A DNA stretch of 64,000 bases. Origin: Polymyxa betae A26-41. Its lineage: Eukaryota > Protista > Endomyxa: Phytomyxea. A model generated the notes under the pieces. That model had not been told where the DNA came from, ran no database searches, and saw only the letters and a program-made list of their open reading frames with translations. Location of the stretch: contig RBZT01000684.1 of assembly GCA_003693705.1 (NCBI GenBank), positions 62,001 through 126,000 on the forward strand, read 5' to 3'. Positions 15,528 through 28,264 of the stretch are shown piece by piece. Position 1 is the first letter of the stretch, and the number at the start of each line of letters is the position of its first letter. The position numbers were made by a program, and so were the translations under genes.

Positions 15528-16981
15528 TTATGTATAACTGATAATCGCATAAGGATATACTGGATTGTCAATACGTTGCTTAGAGCGGCCCAAGAAAATT
15601 GTCGCGTTGGAAAGGCATTCACTAGAATAGGAAGAAGTTAATGTTCAAAAGTTGATTATCGAGCATGAAATCACCAATGATACCTTGGAAGCAAAGGAGC
15701 CAATGGCGAATCAAAAGCGTTGTGCAAAAGCTTGCAGTAAGTTGTCCCAATGAGCAGAGCCGGCGCTCCCGTTTGACATGTGCTCATGCATTTACTTAAG
15801 ATCGCGGTATTGCCACCCATAGCGTCCAAGGTCTCTAAAATCAGAGGCTCAGCGCCCAGAAGGTGGTATAAGAAGCAGAGTACTTCTGTCGAAGTCAATT
15901 ACAAGAGTAATAACAAGGGGACGATGAGGGACGCCTTTCACAGCAATGTTGGCAACAAGGATGATGACAACTTCTGAGGATTCAGGGACAGCTTTCGACA
16001 GATGTAGACTGTAATCTCTCAGCACAACATGTAGACCAGCACGATTACTGCGAACAATTCGCTGTCCAAGAAAATGTTCGGGCTCAAAACCAGATACATC
16101 GATTAAGCAAACCCGACTTCCACGTCCCGAGCGATTCACAGTTCGTGATGCATCCTTCATCCAACTATGGCTGGAAAAGAATTCAGGCGCTTTTGAATAC
16201 GAGGGCTCTTCTTCTGGCGACGATAAATCGGCGTCAGAGTCAATTGCAAAACGCAGCCATCTCACTGCAATAGAGCATTCGAAGACCATCTGATACGAGC
16301 CATCCGAACACGAATATCGATGAACGCTGGCTGATGATTTGTCCAAGTTGAAATGGGGATAGTACGACTGGAATATATGTCAGAGGGGCAAGATGCAAGC
16401 AGAAACAGTCAATATCGGTGAAACACAGAAGTGAAAGCCTCAAAAACCATTTAGACCGATGATTAAATTACCTGCATTGAAAAATGCAGGCATTCGGCAT
16501 TTTTAGCAAGAGGTACAATAGTAATGAAGTTGTATCGAATTTGTTCGACCGAAGGTTGCCGAATGTATCCTTGGACTACAATGCAGCGAGGTCTGCAAGA
16601 GGTTTGACAGACGTTGATTGTTAGATTGTGTTGAAAAATAGCTAGAAGCCCCTCTGAGCCACTATCGGTTTTTAGAAAAGTCGTACTCGCAAACAAACGA
16701 TGGCGGACATGGAGTCGAATTTGATTAGGATCGTGGAAGTCCCATAGAAGAAGATAATAGATAAGATGACTACTTGTAAAATCGTCGATTTCATACGAAA
16801 TCAGGAACCGGCCACAAAGAGTGAAACCGATACTGATTCCACGAAGCAAGTGATGATCAGGTGAAACCAGGTTAGCTACTGGTAGAAGCAGCCGGGGAGG
16901 AATGGATTTATATTTCACAAACGACCGACGTCCCAATTCACGTTCTCGAAGGCGCCGGAGAACTGAGTCCGTCAACGCCAT
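15528..16981 (-). CDS. DCAF15: DDB1- and CUL4-associated factor 15-like
   Basis: N-terminal IPPRLLLPVANLV...GISIGFTLCGRFLISY resembles DCAF15 GHIFLGFSKCGRYVLSY. The final exon ends RIDNPVYPYAIISYT*. Confidence 0.65.
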
Positions 16982-17861
16982 CCGAGCGCATGCTGGATTC
17001 CCCAGTGCGCTAGCAGGAATGACGACGCAGACTGTCACCTACTAGGCAACGAGTGTGAAATGGATACAGAGCTGAGAATACAGAAGATAGAATAATCTGA
17101 ACATTCGTACGGACTGCCGAATGGGGCAAAAATGACGCAACTTGCAGTTTGGGGTTGACTGGCCTCATTATCGAGCTGCCGTCAGTGCTGTGTTGAGAGG
17201 TCGTAAATTAGGACATGGGGTTGAGGTTATGGGGTATACTGATCGGTCAATGGGCCAGGACACCAGGCCTGAATCGTATGAATGAGCTTGCAGGCATATG
17301 AAATTGAAGTAACACCAGAAATAATTCCGGTATTCCAGGGTTCATCGTTCTGGATGATTTGTATTCCACCTTACAACCTACCGCACGTGCAGTGCTGTGT
17401 TGAAAAAGACAAGTCTGCAGTACATTTCCGCTCCATGCCTCCATCTCTAGGTAGCGCGATAAAGATAGACACTGACTTCATAGCCTGTGTTCCTCTCTAT
17501 ATTGCTCGCCCAGTAACAATTCAATCATCTTTTTCTCTATTACAAAGGCAAGATGAAAATAATTTCATTGAAAAATGGTGCATAAGTTTTGGGTGTGCAG
17601 AAAATTCCATTGGTCTGCATGTTGGAGCTCGACTCTCGTAGCTTTAAATCCAGACACAAAATCATGAAGATAAGCCTATTATATTTCAGATTTTCGTAAA
17701 TACATATTTTTAGTAAATTCCGGCAATCCGTGACATTTTTGAAACGCGGAGGGAGACCCTTGAAAAAGATACGGAATTGAGCGGACTCCGCCACGGACTC
17801 CGAAAGCCTGGCCTCAAGTTCAATTTTTGCCTGAATCGCATTTCTTCTGGCCATCTTTCAA

Positions 17862-18894
17862 ATGGGTTTTGAAGGCGGAAGAGGCGGTCGCGGCGCTAGC
17901 CGAGGCGGTCGTGGTGGTGGCCGTGGTGGCTTCCGAGGAGGTCGTGGTGGCGGTTCCGACCGTGGCGGTCGTGGAGGTGGTCGTGGTGGCGGCCGCGGCG
18001 GTCCCCGAGGTGCTGCTCGCGGCGGCGGTCGTGGACGTGGTGCTCCGCGAGGAGGCCGCGGTGGCATGAGAGGCGGCGCGAAAGTTGTTGTCACTCCCCA
18101 TCGTCACGAAGGAGTCTTCATTGCTCGGTCGAAAGAGGATGCTTTGGTCACTAAGAACTTGGTCCCAGGAGAAGTCTGTCCTATCAATTGTCCGCTTATC
18201 GCTGTTATTAAGCTGTTTCTGTTAGTCTGTCTATGGTGAGAAACGCATCAGCGTTGAAGGCGTCGATGGAGCCAAAATCGAATACCGAGTTTGGAACCCC
18301 TTCCGATCGAAGTTGGCCGCTGCCGTTCTGGGCGGTGTTGACAACATCTATATCAAGCCCGGCACCAAGCTGCTCTACCTTGGTGCCGCCTCGGGAACGT
18401 CGGTCTCTCACTGCTCAGATATCGTCGGTCCAGAAGGCCTTGTCTACGCTGTTGAATTCTCGCATCGATCTGGTCGTGATCTGATCAATGTCGCTAAGAA
18501 ACGCACCAACATCATCCCTATTATTGAAGATGCGCGACACCCTCACAAATACCGAATGCTCATCGGCATGGTGAGTTTGTTTCGCTAATTTCAGTACTTG
18601 GTTCTAATTGGAATTCAGGTTGATACGATTTTCGCGGATGTCGCTCAGCCTGATCAGGCTCGTATTGTCGGTTTGAACGCTCAGAATTTCTTGAAGAACG
18701 GCGGCAACTTCGTCATCTCTATCAAGGCCAACTGTATCGATTCGACTTCAGAGCCCGCTGCCGTTTTCGCCAGCGAAGTCGCCAAACTTCAGGAAATGAA
18801 CTTCAAGCCTGAAGAACAGCTCACCCTGGAACCTTACGAGCGTGATCATGCCGTGGTCGTGGGCTGTTACCGGCCCAATAACGCCAAAAAATGA
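17862..18894 (+). CDS. FBL: Fibrillarin (rRNA 2'-O-methyltransferase)
   Basis: RGG/GAR domain, TKNLVPGE|[38 protein letters not shown]. Two introns (18174-18225 and ~18571-18618). Confidence 0.98.
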
Positions 18895-18975
18895 TTCTGC
18901 AACATCAACGTTTTATCTATCAGTTCAACAACCTTTTGACATTAAAGATTATGCAAATCTTTATTATTGTACTAT

Positions 18976-20634
18976 TTAATCCCTGGATGGAATTTTACCG
19001 CACTCTTCTTCGTATTGTAGCGAGGTTATAGCGATGCTATTTAGATGCTGAAAGAACGTTTGCAGTTCAGTCAAGACCCTGCCATTGGAGTTTACTTGCG
19101 CTCCAGGTAATTGAAGGTCTTCGTCTTGACCGCTGTAAACGCCTCGGACCCATTGCCTTTCACTGCCTTTCTCTTGATACAATTCCAATATAATGTAGCT
19201 GCCAAAGGCAGGAAATCGTTTGAGCTGTCCAACAGTTTTGTTTTTCTGACAGAAGCATTATTCAGATCTCAACAAACAATTTATCGTTTACGAGCTAACC
19301 GGATCCGATTCTAAAGCAATTAGCAAGGGAGCGACTGTATTGTCGTGGCCTGAATATAGACGAAGGCGAACTGAAGAATTCGCAGTCAACTTTAAATCGT
19401 GAATAAGATCATCGACAAATCGTCCTATTGCCAAGCGAATTGCTGTTGGCGATCCATACTGGAAGCATTAAACATGGATGAAATAAGATGTACCGAAGCA
19501 CTGAAATCACCTTAGTTTGCATTTCAGTGACTGCCTCAGATTCGATCCTCTTCAATATGCTAGGTGGCAACGAATGCGGTAAACGAACTCCATTGGCTAA
19601 ATAGCATTGATACGTGTTGTGAAGACCTTCGAAACGGGAGACAGCGCCTGCTTTATCGCCAAGCTTCATGACATCTTTAATTTCAGAAGCCATGTCTTCA
19701 CGAATCGTATTTCGACTCTTTAATGTGCTTTGCAAAGTCATCTATTAAACAGAACGTGTTGGAAAAGTGGAACTCAGTAATATGGAACAGTTATACCGAT
19801 TTGAAAGCTTTCAAAGATTTGCACGACGATCGCGGATACATGTTCTCGTCGTGCTCTTTCAGACTATGAATGGAAATGGATGGTGTCACATGGTTAGTAG
19901 GAAACAAGTTTTCAAGCAACGAAACCGCGGATTCCAGGGTTCGTTCCACATCAGTCGATCGTACAAAGACCTCCTGTGGATCGTATCTGCACAAACTGAG
20001 AACATGAACAATCGCCATGAGAAAAATACTAACTCCGATTGGAGAAATTTCAAGTCATCGACATAACGTTGACGAAGGTAACTTCCCACTTTGGCCAGAT
20101 CCTTCCGGCCTTGGGCTGTAAGCTGACCTGGTCGACATGAGCCGGTTAGACCTCTTGGGACCTATAGTCTCTGTAAGTGAAGATATAAAAAAATTTTGGA
20201 CAGCATACAGGATCGCCTCGTTTCAAACCAGAAGAGTAGTGCCTGTTATAAAGACGTTTGGCTTCAGCGAAAACCAGAGGTGAAGTTGGCCCTCGGCACA
20301 CAAAATCGAATCCAGGTTCAGTGGGAAACCACCCTTCTAAATTCTGCAATTAAGTGTAAACATTTTGCAGCCTTGAGGCTGATACCATATCCGTATAGAT
20401 TGCTGATCGGTGTTCTGGCCCCTAATCTGGGTTGAAATTCTCAAAATTGCAGAAACGTTGAAATTCACCATGTCGGAAAATGACTTGTACGTGCCGAAGC
20501 TCAAGCTGATCGTCGGCTGGAGGTTCAACAGTTGATGGCTCGCCTTCTGTTTGGTGAGAAACGATCGCGGCGCCCGGCGTCAATGGTAGAAGTTTCTTCC
20601 AGAGGCCATGTCTATAAGCTGAAAAAGCTGCCAT
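18976..20634 (-). CDS. Histidine acid phosphatase (ACP6/LAP-like)
   Basis: Spliced RHGARTP catalytic motif, GQLT, VRSTDVERTLESA and LYSGHDNT (HD motif). Confidence 0.88.
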
Positions 20635-20943
20635 TTTATGAAGTGAGTAAAGGTAAAGATCACAAAATCGACGTTAAGCAGAGGCTGATCTATCTATCTG
20701 CATGGCTCCGCGATGTCGCCAGCGTCTTCTCGCACTCTTGATCTTATCTCAGTTCGGTAACGATTATTTTATTCAGCTACAGTGCTACACGTACTAATTG
20801 CCTATTTAAATGAGAGCAAAATGTGAGTAGTTGCAGATGAAGTTTTCTTCATGGATAGCAGCATATTATCGCTTTACAGAAATTGCATCCAATTTTCGCT
20901 CCAGAGCCAAGCTGAAGCTCTGTTAAAGTTTATTAAAAGGATA

Positions 20944-21740
20944 TCATTCTTCTTCTTGCTCGATATTTTCCTTTTCAGTTCGATTGGCTCGTGATCCATA
21001 ATCCATTCGAGCAGAAATAACCCTTCCCTACGTACAGACAACCGGTTAGCAGATGAATTAGATTGAGAAAGCTTGTCAGTACGTACATCTAACGTTGATT
21101 TGTGAAGCTTTTCGATCGCTGCTTTTGCATTTTCGTTGCTATCAAAACCCAGTACAGCATAGCCACGAGATTGCCCGGAACGTTTGTCAATTCCGACAGT
21201 CGCTTCTTTAAATCCAGGTTCGGCTCCGAATGTTTCTTCCAGACTTCAAGAAATAAGGTGAACAAAAAGGAAATCTTCCTTTTTGCATTCATTTACCTTT
21301 TAGAAGTCGCTGTATACGGGATATTGGTAATAAACACATTGGTAGGAATTGCATCGTCTTCGTTAAGCTGGGGTGTACCACGAATGCGCTCATCGCGTTT
21401 TAAGTAAATTTTACGGCCATTGAACTCAGACTCGTTGTATTTTGCGACGGCACTGTCAGCCTTAAATGACCAAGTCATTTTTCAATTCTCGACAGCAATC
21501 AACGTGACTTACTTCAGACTGATCAGCAAACTTAATGATAGCAAATCCTCGAGAGCGTCCCGATCGCGTTTTGATTACTTTGCAAGATTCAAGGCTAAAA
21601 TCAGCGAAGAGATCTGTCTATAAGACTGTTATTCAAGGATGAGCATCTAATGGGAGATATCCGACCAGCGACTCATCCGTGGTCCCGAATGGGACATTGC
21701 CAACATAGATGGAGGAACCTGCTACCTTTTCATCCGACAT
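20944..21740 (-). CDS. Two-RRM RNA-binding protein (Gbp2/hnRNP-M-like)
   Basis: MSDEKVAGSSIYVGNVPF (RNP2), YNESEFNGRKIYLKRD, VFITNIPY, GYAVLGF and GRVISARMD. Confidence 0.8.
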
Positions 21741-22159
21741 CGCCGCCACGCTTTTCTTTGAAAACGATAGAGACGATTTAATAGCGAAAGCGGTCCCATG
21801 GCGAAACAACAACCCCTTTGTCTGAGATATTGGCTGCGCAATTATACTGGTCTTTGGCTACTGAAACTCTCGTCTATTCCTGGTGAAATTTAAATCAACA
21901 AGCTACACTTATAGGAGTCTTATATTGAGTGAAAATCTGATCAGAAAGTGCACTTTCCAAACTTCGCAACCAGCGTGTGTTGAAGAGTTCCGAACCGCAG
22001 ATCGAAAAATCGATTTAATGGCCTGAGATTCTGTATACCTGACATGGCCTTAAATATGAGGCGCCATATCATGGGTTCTTTTTACATTTCGCCAAAGTGC
22101 AACTTTTTCCTCGATTCCAAAGTCTTTAAACATCATCGTATTTGCGAGGAGCTGATCAA

Positions 22160-23020
22160 ATACAGGCAACAGCTGTGTTTGAGATTTTCGTCACTGTTCT
22201 CAATCTCCACTCTCCACTGTTCGTGAAGTTATAATCCATACCGTCGTCGAATTGCAGCAGTACTAGATTAAAGTTGGTTTTGGCTGAAAGCCTTATACCG
22301 TATTTGCTCGGTTTGCAGCAAAGCGTTTCCCGGAAATTCACGTTGAACTGTCTGTCACATTGCAGATCTCCATGAAGGTAAAATTCATATCATTATCGAA
22401 ATGCTGCATTGTTGTTCAAAACAAAGTCATATCTTTGCTCTGTTTTTTTGCAACTAAAAAAAAGAACAATCACATTGTAAAGTTCATGAAGCTAAACTGT
22501 ACCATCCCCAAGGTTGCAGTACTGACTCCACCATAGGCAGCAATCCACATATTTGCTCTCTTTGCAGTAATGCGTTTGCCGAAAGCTTCTAATTGAAGCA
22601 ACACATTGCCGAAGATCATGAATGAAAATCCATATTAATGTTGCAGTACCGAACTAAGTTTGTTTTAGGCTTTGCTCTGTTCGAGGCAACGCGTTTGCCC
22701 AAAACGTCAATTTGAACGATCACATCTCCAATGTTCATGAACTTAAAACTCATATACCGTCCTTAAAATGCTGCATATCAAAGTTTTTTTAGGCCAAAGT
22801 CATATATTTGCTATGTTTGCAACAAAGTGTTTGGAGCAAAAGGCCAGTTTGAATGAGAACATTGCAGAATCTGAAGGTAAAATCCTGTCGTCGTCCAAAG
22901 GCTGCAGAACCGATAAAGGTTTTTAGACAGAACTTGCAATTGCAACGTCTTCAACAAAGCGTTCTCCAACCGATCGAATTTGAATAATCATGACACAACA
23001 TCATTGTTCAAAGTATTTAT
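22160..23020 (+). pseudogene. Decayed tandem C2H2 zinc-finger gene, about 7 exon+intron units
   Basis: Repeated CxxCxKAF...LxxHIxxxHE|gtaaaa units containing in-frame stops, frameshifts and mutated splice donors. Confidence 0.75.
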
Positions 23021-23208
23021 ATATGTGCTATAACTTAATAACATTGAGATTATCACTCCTATGCTGAGTTCCCCGGATGGGGGCGATACGATCGATTTCC
23101 CAGAATGCAACCATCGAATTTTCGCAAAGACCCAGCAAGCAATAAAGCTGGAAGATACCACAAAGGTTGATATTGGGAATCTGGTACCGTAAGATTCATA
23201 TGATTCTT

Positions 23209-23278
23209 ATTTTCATTCTCATCCGACATGAGCATCATTCAGAATTTTCATTCTCATCCGACATGAGCATCATACAGA
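23209..23278. repeat. 35-bp tandem duplication (2 copies, 1 mismatch)
   Basis: attttcattctcatccgacatgagcatcat(t/a)caga occurs twice in tandem. Confidence 0.9.
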
Positions 23279-23405
23279 GAGGATGAGAGGTGTCCATCAA
23301 TAGGACTTGCATTTAGGCATCCAGAGCAGAATTAGTTTAACGTGAATCAGCAATCGGCAGCGTGTCTAATCTGAAAATATCTTTGATGTCGACTTTGTAA
23401 ATCCT

Positions 23406-25917
23406 ATGCTGAAAGGGGAATTGGTACGATGCCTGACAGTTGATCAGCCAATCAACGCATTCGATGTATCGCCTGATAAAACGCGTCTAGCGACCTGTAG
23501 CGGCAAATCGGCCTACGTATGGACTTATCAGAAGTTGCAGTTGGTCAATCGAATCAATCGGAAGCCTGCCGCTGTTCATCGAGCCCGACTCCGACTTGTA
23601 CGATTTACAAACGACATCGATTCGGTCATCACTGCATGTAATGATCATCGAATAGTTGTCTGGAACTTGGTCCACAATAATTCTGCACATCCATTATATA
23701 TATTGGAAGGGCATGCTGGAACCATCTACGATGCCGTTTTCAATTCCGACGGCGATCTACTGTATACCGCCGGAGCCGACGGTCGCGTCTTTGTCTGGAA
23801 CTGGGCTCAAGGCGAACGTCTGGCAAGCGCCATCGCAGAGTCGGCACCAGTTCGAGCCATTGCATTGAACGTGCCTTTCAAGCGCCTGTCCTGTGCTACT
23901 GTTGTCGGATCGGTCGGCGTCTGGGACATTGCTGACCAAACAAGAGTCTGCACTATCGAAGGGGATTCTGAATGGGTCAAGAGCCAAACTGGGGCAGCGA
24001 CCCGCGCCGCCTGGATAGATTCAGTGAGATCTCATAGCGGACCTATCTTAGCTGCTGCATTCTCCCCAAATGGAGCTTTGTTTCTTACTGGAGCTGGAGA
24101 TTCGACAGCGAAGCTTTGGTCAGCGCTATCGTTCCGGAACGATTCCGATTCAGCTTCGACGCAGCGTGCTGCAGTGAAAGTCGCCAATCGTCAAGTTCAG
24201 CTTCGAGAGGCTGTGGATGATAATCTTCAGAATGACAATGTGGTGAATGGAACTGAATCGCCCTTAACTATCGGGTTTTATGCTGCTGTTTTGTATACAT
24301 TTCTACACGAAGCTCCAGTTGAGCACGTGCTGTTTACCCACGATTCTAAATACGTTGTCACATGTTCAAGGGACAGCACTGTTAAGGTTTGTTCCTTTGT
24401 CGATAGCTTAGTAGTGAATGACGAGTTTCCAGATCTGGGATGTTTCTAATGGGCAACAAGTGTATCAAGTAAATCTACCAAATTCCGCTACTGATATTCG
24501 AATCTTGGACGCCAATGAGCATTCCGCTCCATACCGACTTTTTATTCTGCTAAACAATCGAGTTTTATTTCTCGACATTGGGCATCAACAAAGAACGCCA
24601 GCTGCTGTTGAGTATGTTCACAAGCGTTTGGACGAAAAGGGTCTCGGAATGGCTAAAATCCCATGCTGGCCCAGCTCAGTCTATAGTTCCAATGATCACC
24701 ATATGCAAATTGATATTGATCATCTGGCCACAAAAGGCATAACAAGGCATGATCTTAATCGTGCATTGGCTCATCGCTCTGTCAAGCCTAATGCGCTCTT
24801 CGCTGCACTTCAAGCAGAGATAGTCAATGACCAAAATGCTCGCCCTGCCCAACTGAAAGCCAATATGGTAGCTCAGGATTTGAGGCCAGTTGATGTCCTC
24901 AGAGCAATTGCTCTAACCACGAATTTTCGTTTTCAAGATGTGCTAACAGCCCTTTCTATGACCGGAGAGTTAGCAGCTCGCGCTTACGAAGCAGTCAAGC
25001 AGGGGCACTCTCTTGATAAGATTCTTCTTGAAATGGGATTCACTATGACTTCCAATTCAATCCTAGTTCATCTTCCGAAACCTGTTCTACAAAAGTGCTT
25101 CCGAACGGAGGCCATTTCAAGTGAAGATGCGTCACCAACACATGGGGTCATCGCTTTAGCATTTAACGCACCCCAACGTATTGAGCAGCAACATGAACGG
25201 CCTGAGGACAGTCAGAGCGACGACAGCCACAGTCAGAACGACGACAGCCACTCAATTGGAGTGCAGGTTCATGGGATAGCTTCTCCACGAAAACATGATT
25301 CTCCTGAGAAGCAGCGTAAAGAAAAGTTCAATTCCGGCCAAGAGCATATCAAAATTGGAGGTATCACAAGTGGATTCCACACTCCAAGAGGCCTCATTCG
25401 TCAAGGCCATTTGCAATTCCGTAAGTATAAACTGATTTCGAAATTTTCAGGTTTAAGATTGCAAACTAGGGAACAATTCGCAGACACTATCCGAGAAAGA
25501 AGAACTAGATTATTTGGATACTCAAACTACTTTACCGCCTGTTGTAAGCAGCAAAAAACAACTAACAGAAAATGGCGACTAAAGCGATTTAGGCTGGGGC
25601 GCTTTCAAGTCGAGAAGACATGACAACAGGGACCAAACTGTTTCTACGATCACGAATCAAGCCTCCTCGATCAGCTGTACTGTCCATGCTGACGCAGACA
25701 AATCCTGATTTAACCATGTCCCCATGTCCTTCAAGGATGAACTGCAGCCAGAAAGCCTCGATACGCTTCAAAACCCCAATGGTTATGAGATCGTTGCTGT
25801 TACAGGTAGAAAGCTATTCTCCTTCTTACACCAGATAACCTATTTTCTCAGGAAAATAAGAAAGGTCCGGTTTCTATTGCCTTAACTGGTCATCCAACTG
25901 GTAGAAATAAACCGTAA
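23406..25917 (+). CDS. WD40-repeat protein with long non-WD C-terminal region
   Basis: GHAGTIYDAVFNSDGDLLYTAGADGRVFVWN, HSGPILAAAFSPNG...DSTAKLW and SRDSTVK|IWD. C-terminal exon boundaries are approximate. Confidence 0.82.
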
Positions 25918-26592
25918 TTGATAGATTACTATACACGGAATGGAATCGTCTCGTTTATCAGATAAAGTCAAAGGACGTCTGTCACCTTCACAAGGCCATG
26001 TTGTCCGGCTAAATTCCAAATTCCAGAACGATGTGTACAAATAAGAGAGAGTTCAATTAGCTCAGTCAAACTTTAAGTTGCAATCACGGGGTGAAAAGTC
26101 GTTTGTGTTCGCAGTTTTAAGGCTTGATGGCTGCTTAGAAATGGAAATTGAAATTGCGCTAAGTGCTCTAAGGTGAAAAAGGCAGTGCGGGACTGCGATT
26201 GACGGGAATATTCCAAGTCATGATCTGTCTACACCTTGCTGTTGCTTACCACAAAGTGACCAGTCGCAATTAAAAAGGTGTGTTCAACCTTATCGGAATC
26301 TCGACTTTAATGAATGGCGTAAATTGTTCGCCATCAGGCGGTTGCGATCTCTGACCGACCACCTTGCCCAACCTCACTGACTTCGGCTCCACATGGGCCA
26401 GCATTGCTGCCGCCATTCCAGTTTGTATGATGCAAGTACCACTTCAATGGGATCGACTATTAGCACGAAGCAGCCATGCCAATATATTCAAGTATATCTC
26501 CTCCACCAATAGCCGTTTTGAATAGCTTAACTTGGTGACAGACAAAGCAATGTGAAAAGCTGGTAAAACGAAAATGCGATTTGGAGAGCGGA

Positions 26593-27308
26593 ATGACATT
26601 TCAATTTTCGGTTGAATCTGATGAGTGCCCTATAACACTGCAATCGTTAACCCAGCTTGTTTCGCAAGACGATTTAGTGATAACTTGGTGCTGCCACACA
26701 TGCATGAGCCGATCTGCCTTGAAAATATGGCTTAGTAGATCTTCTGAGAATTCCTGTCCTCATTGTAGATCGAGTGCTGTTATTCCTCAGGTATTACTAT
26801 CCTCCTTAAACAATGATAAACTGATCAAGGGCTGACAGATATTTGGCCAAAAGCCAGCTGTTTTTGATGGGGCTCATACAGTCCATTTGTTGATCAAAGA
26901 AGGTCGCTCTGTGAAATGTATTCAAGATCTTTTATTAGTTGAGTATCTTCTGAAGTGCTTCAATGTGTAACCTCTAACCAGTATCAGAATGTTCCAGCAT
27001 CTTTATATGCTGCCGACTGCCTCAATCGAACACCTTTACATTATGCCATAATGGCTGGACGATTCGACGTGGTCAAGCTACTTTGTGACTGCGGTGCCGA
27101 CTTAGACAGCGCCGATGATGACGGCAATGCGCCGTTATTTCTCGCTGTTCAATGCAGAAGTCCATCCATTGTAAAGCTATTAATGAGCAGAAAGGCCTCG
27201 GGTCAGATTAAGCGTGCGTGCGATCTAATTCGGCGCTCAACTGGTATTAAAGATAACGATCATCAAGAATGGATGGCTTGCTTAGAGCATTCTGCAGCTT
27301 TGAAATAG
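26593..27308 (+). CDS. SP-RING/U-box-like plus ankyrin-repeat protein
   Basis: CPIT...CCH...W...CPHCR followed by ankyrin repeats RTPLHYAIMAGRFDVVKLLCDCGAD and GNAPLFLAV. Confidence 0.78.
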
Positions 27309-27597
27309 AGCTCTCTCTGCTAACAAGAGAGAAGTTCGGTGTTGTTGAAATCCATATGTGCACGATGAGTATCTACGAGCCGCGTTTGATCGATTCTGAT
27401 CGCTCTTTTGCTTAAATTGCAAAATGTAGAAATTCTTTTAATATGACCATAAATTTACCATTAATACTGAGCTGGTTATCGTTTCCCAAAAAGGCCATCA
27501 ATGCTTGGGATGTGTTTTGTTACAGATAGATTTGTTGATTCGACAAGCGGAGTCCGTCATTGTTTACTCATACCGGCACTCGGTCCCATCGTAAGAC

Positions 27598-28068
27598 ATG
27601 TCGCGACGGCTCATTCCACTGAAGCATATGAGCTTCCCTCAAGTGCAAGATTATTTGCAAGCATGGAAGAGTGAATTAAGCCCTGAAATACAGGCCATCA
27701 CTGTCAAATTTAATTACAATCCTCGTCATGCAGCGCCGAGGTAGTTTAGATTCTCGTTAATATCCGCTACCAGTAGTTATTTAGTGCTTAAAGGCGGTTT
27801 GTGAAAGATTATTTGCCTGTATTGCAATACCATAATACCCACATCAATTGGACCAGAATCAAAAGCAAGGACATTGAGACTCCCGAGATTACTGCCCAAT
27901 TCAGTAAAACAAATGGTTGAAACCTTCCAGTTCAGATCTAACATCACTTTAGAGGATGGACGCTCAGAGTCAATTGCTTGCTCTGGCCCAATGAAAGGTC
28001 TCGATGTTTACGACCGTGTCGTTGCCTCATTCTCTCCTGAAATGCAACAGACTGCCGAGCAACAGTAA
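27598..28068 (+). CDS. Mitochondrial ribosomal protein, L51/S25/CI-B8 domain (mS25/mL61-like)
   Basis: Spliced product contains ITVKFNY...R|RFVKDYLPVLQYHNTHI...PEITAQF|KDG. Two short introns. Confidence 0.65.
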
Positions 28069-28264
28069 ATGTTCACCATAGCATCATTAATAAATCTAGA
28101 AACATTCTAATCTGATTAGATTTCAGCAAATTTCTTCTAAACGGAGAATGAAAACGTAAAGCTAATAAATTCACAGTTCTTTTTCTTGCTTATTGCTATC
28201 GTCAAAGTGGCGCAATTTTGAAATTTTGAGATAAAAACTGATAGATTTTCTAAATCGTCCAAAT

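Noticed and set aside
17820-18107. Ala/Thr-, Val- and Pro-rich alternative ORFs
   Set aside because: These are shadow frames of the fibrillarin RGG repeat.
22160-23020. CRISPR-like repeat-spacer array
   Set aside because: The units are long, diverged and encode zinc fingers. The context is eukaryotic and there are no cas genes.
25208-25251. 21-bp in-frame duplication in the WD40 gene
   Set aside because: Ordinary slippage in a disordered linker.
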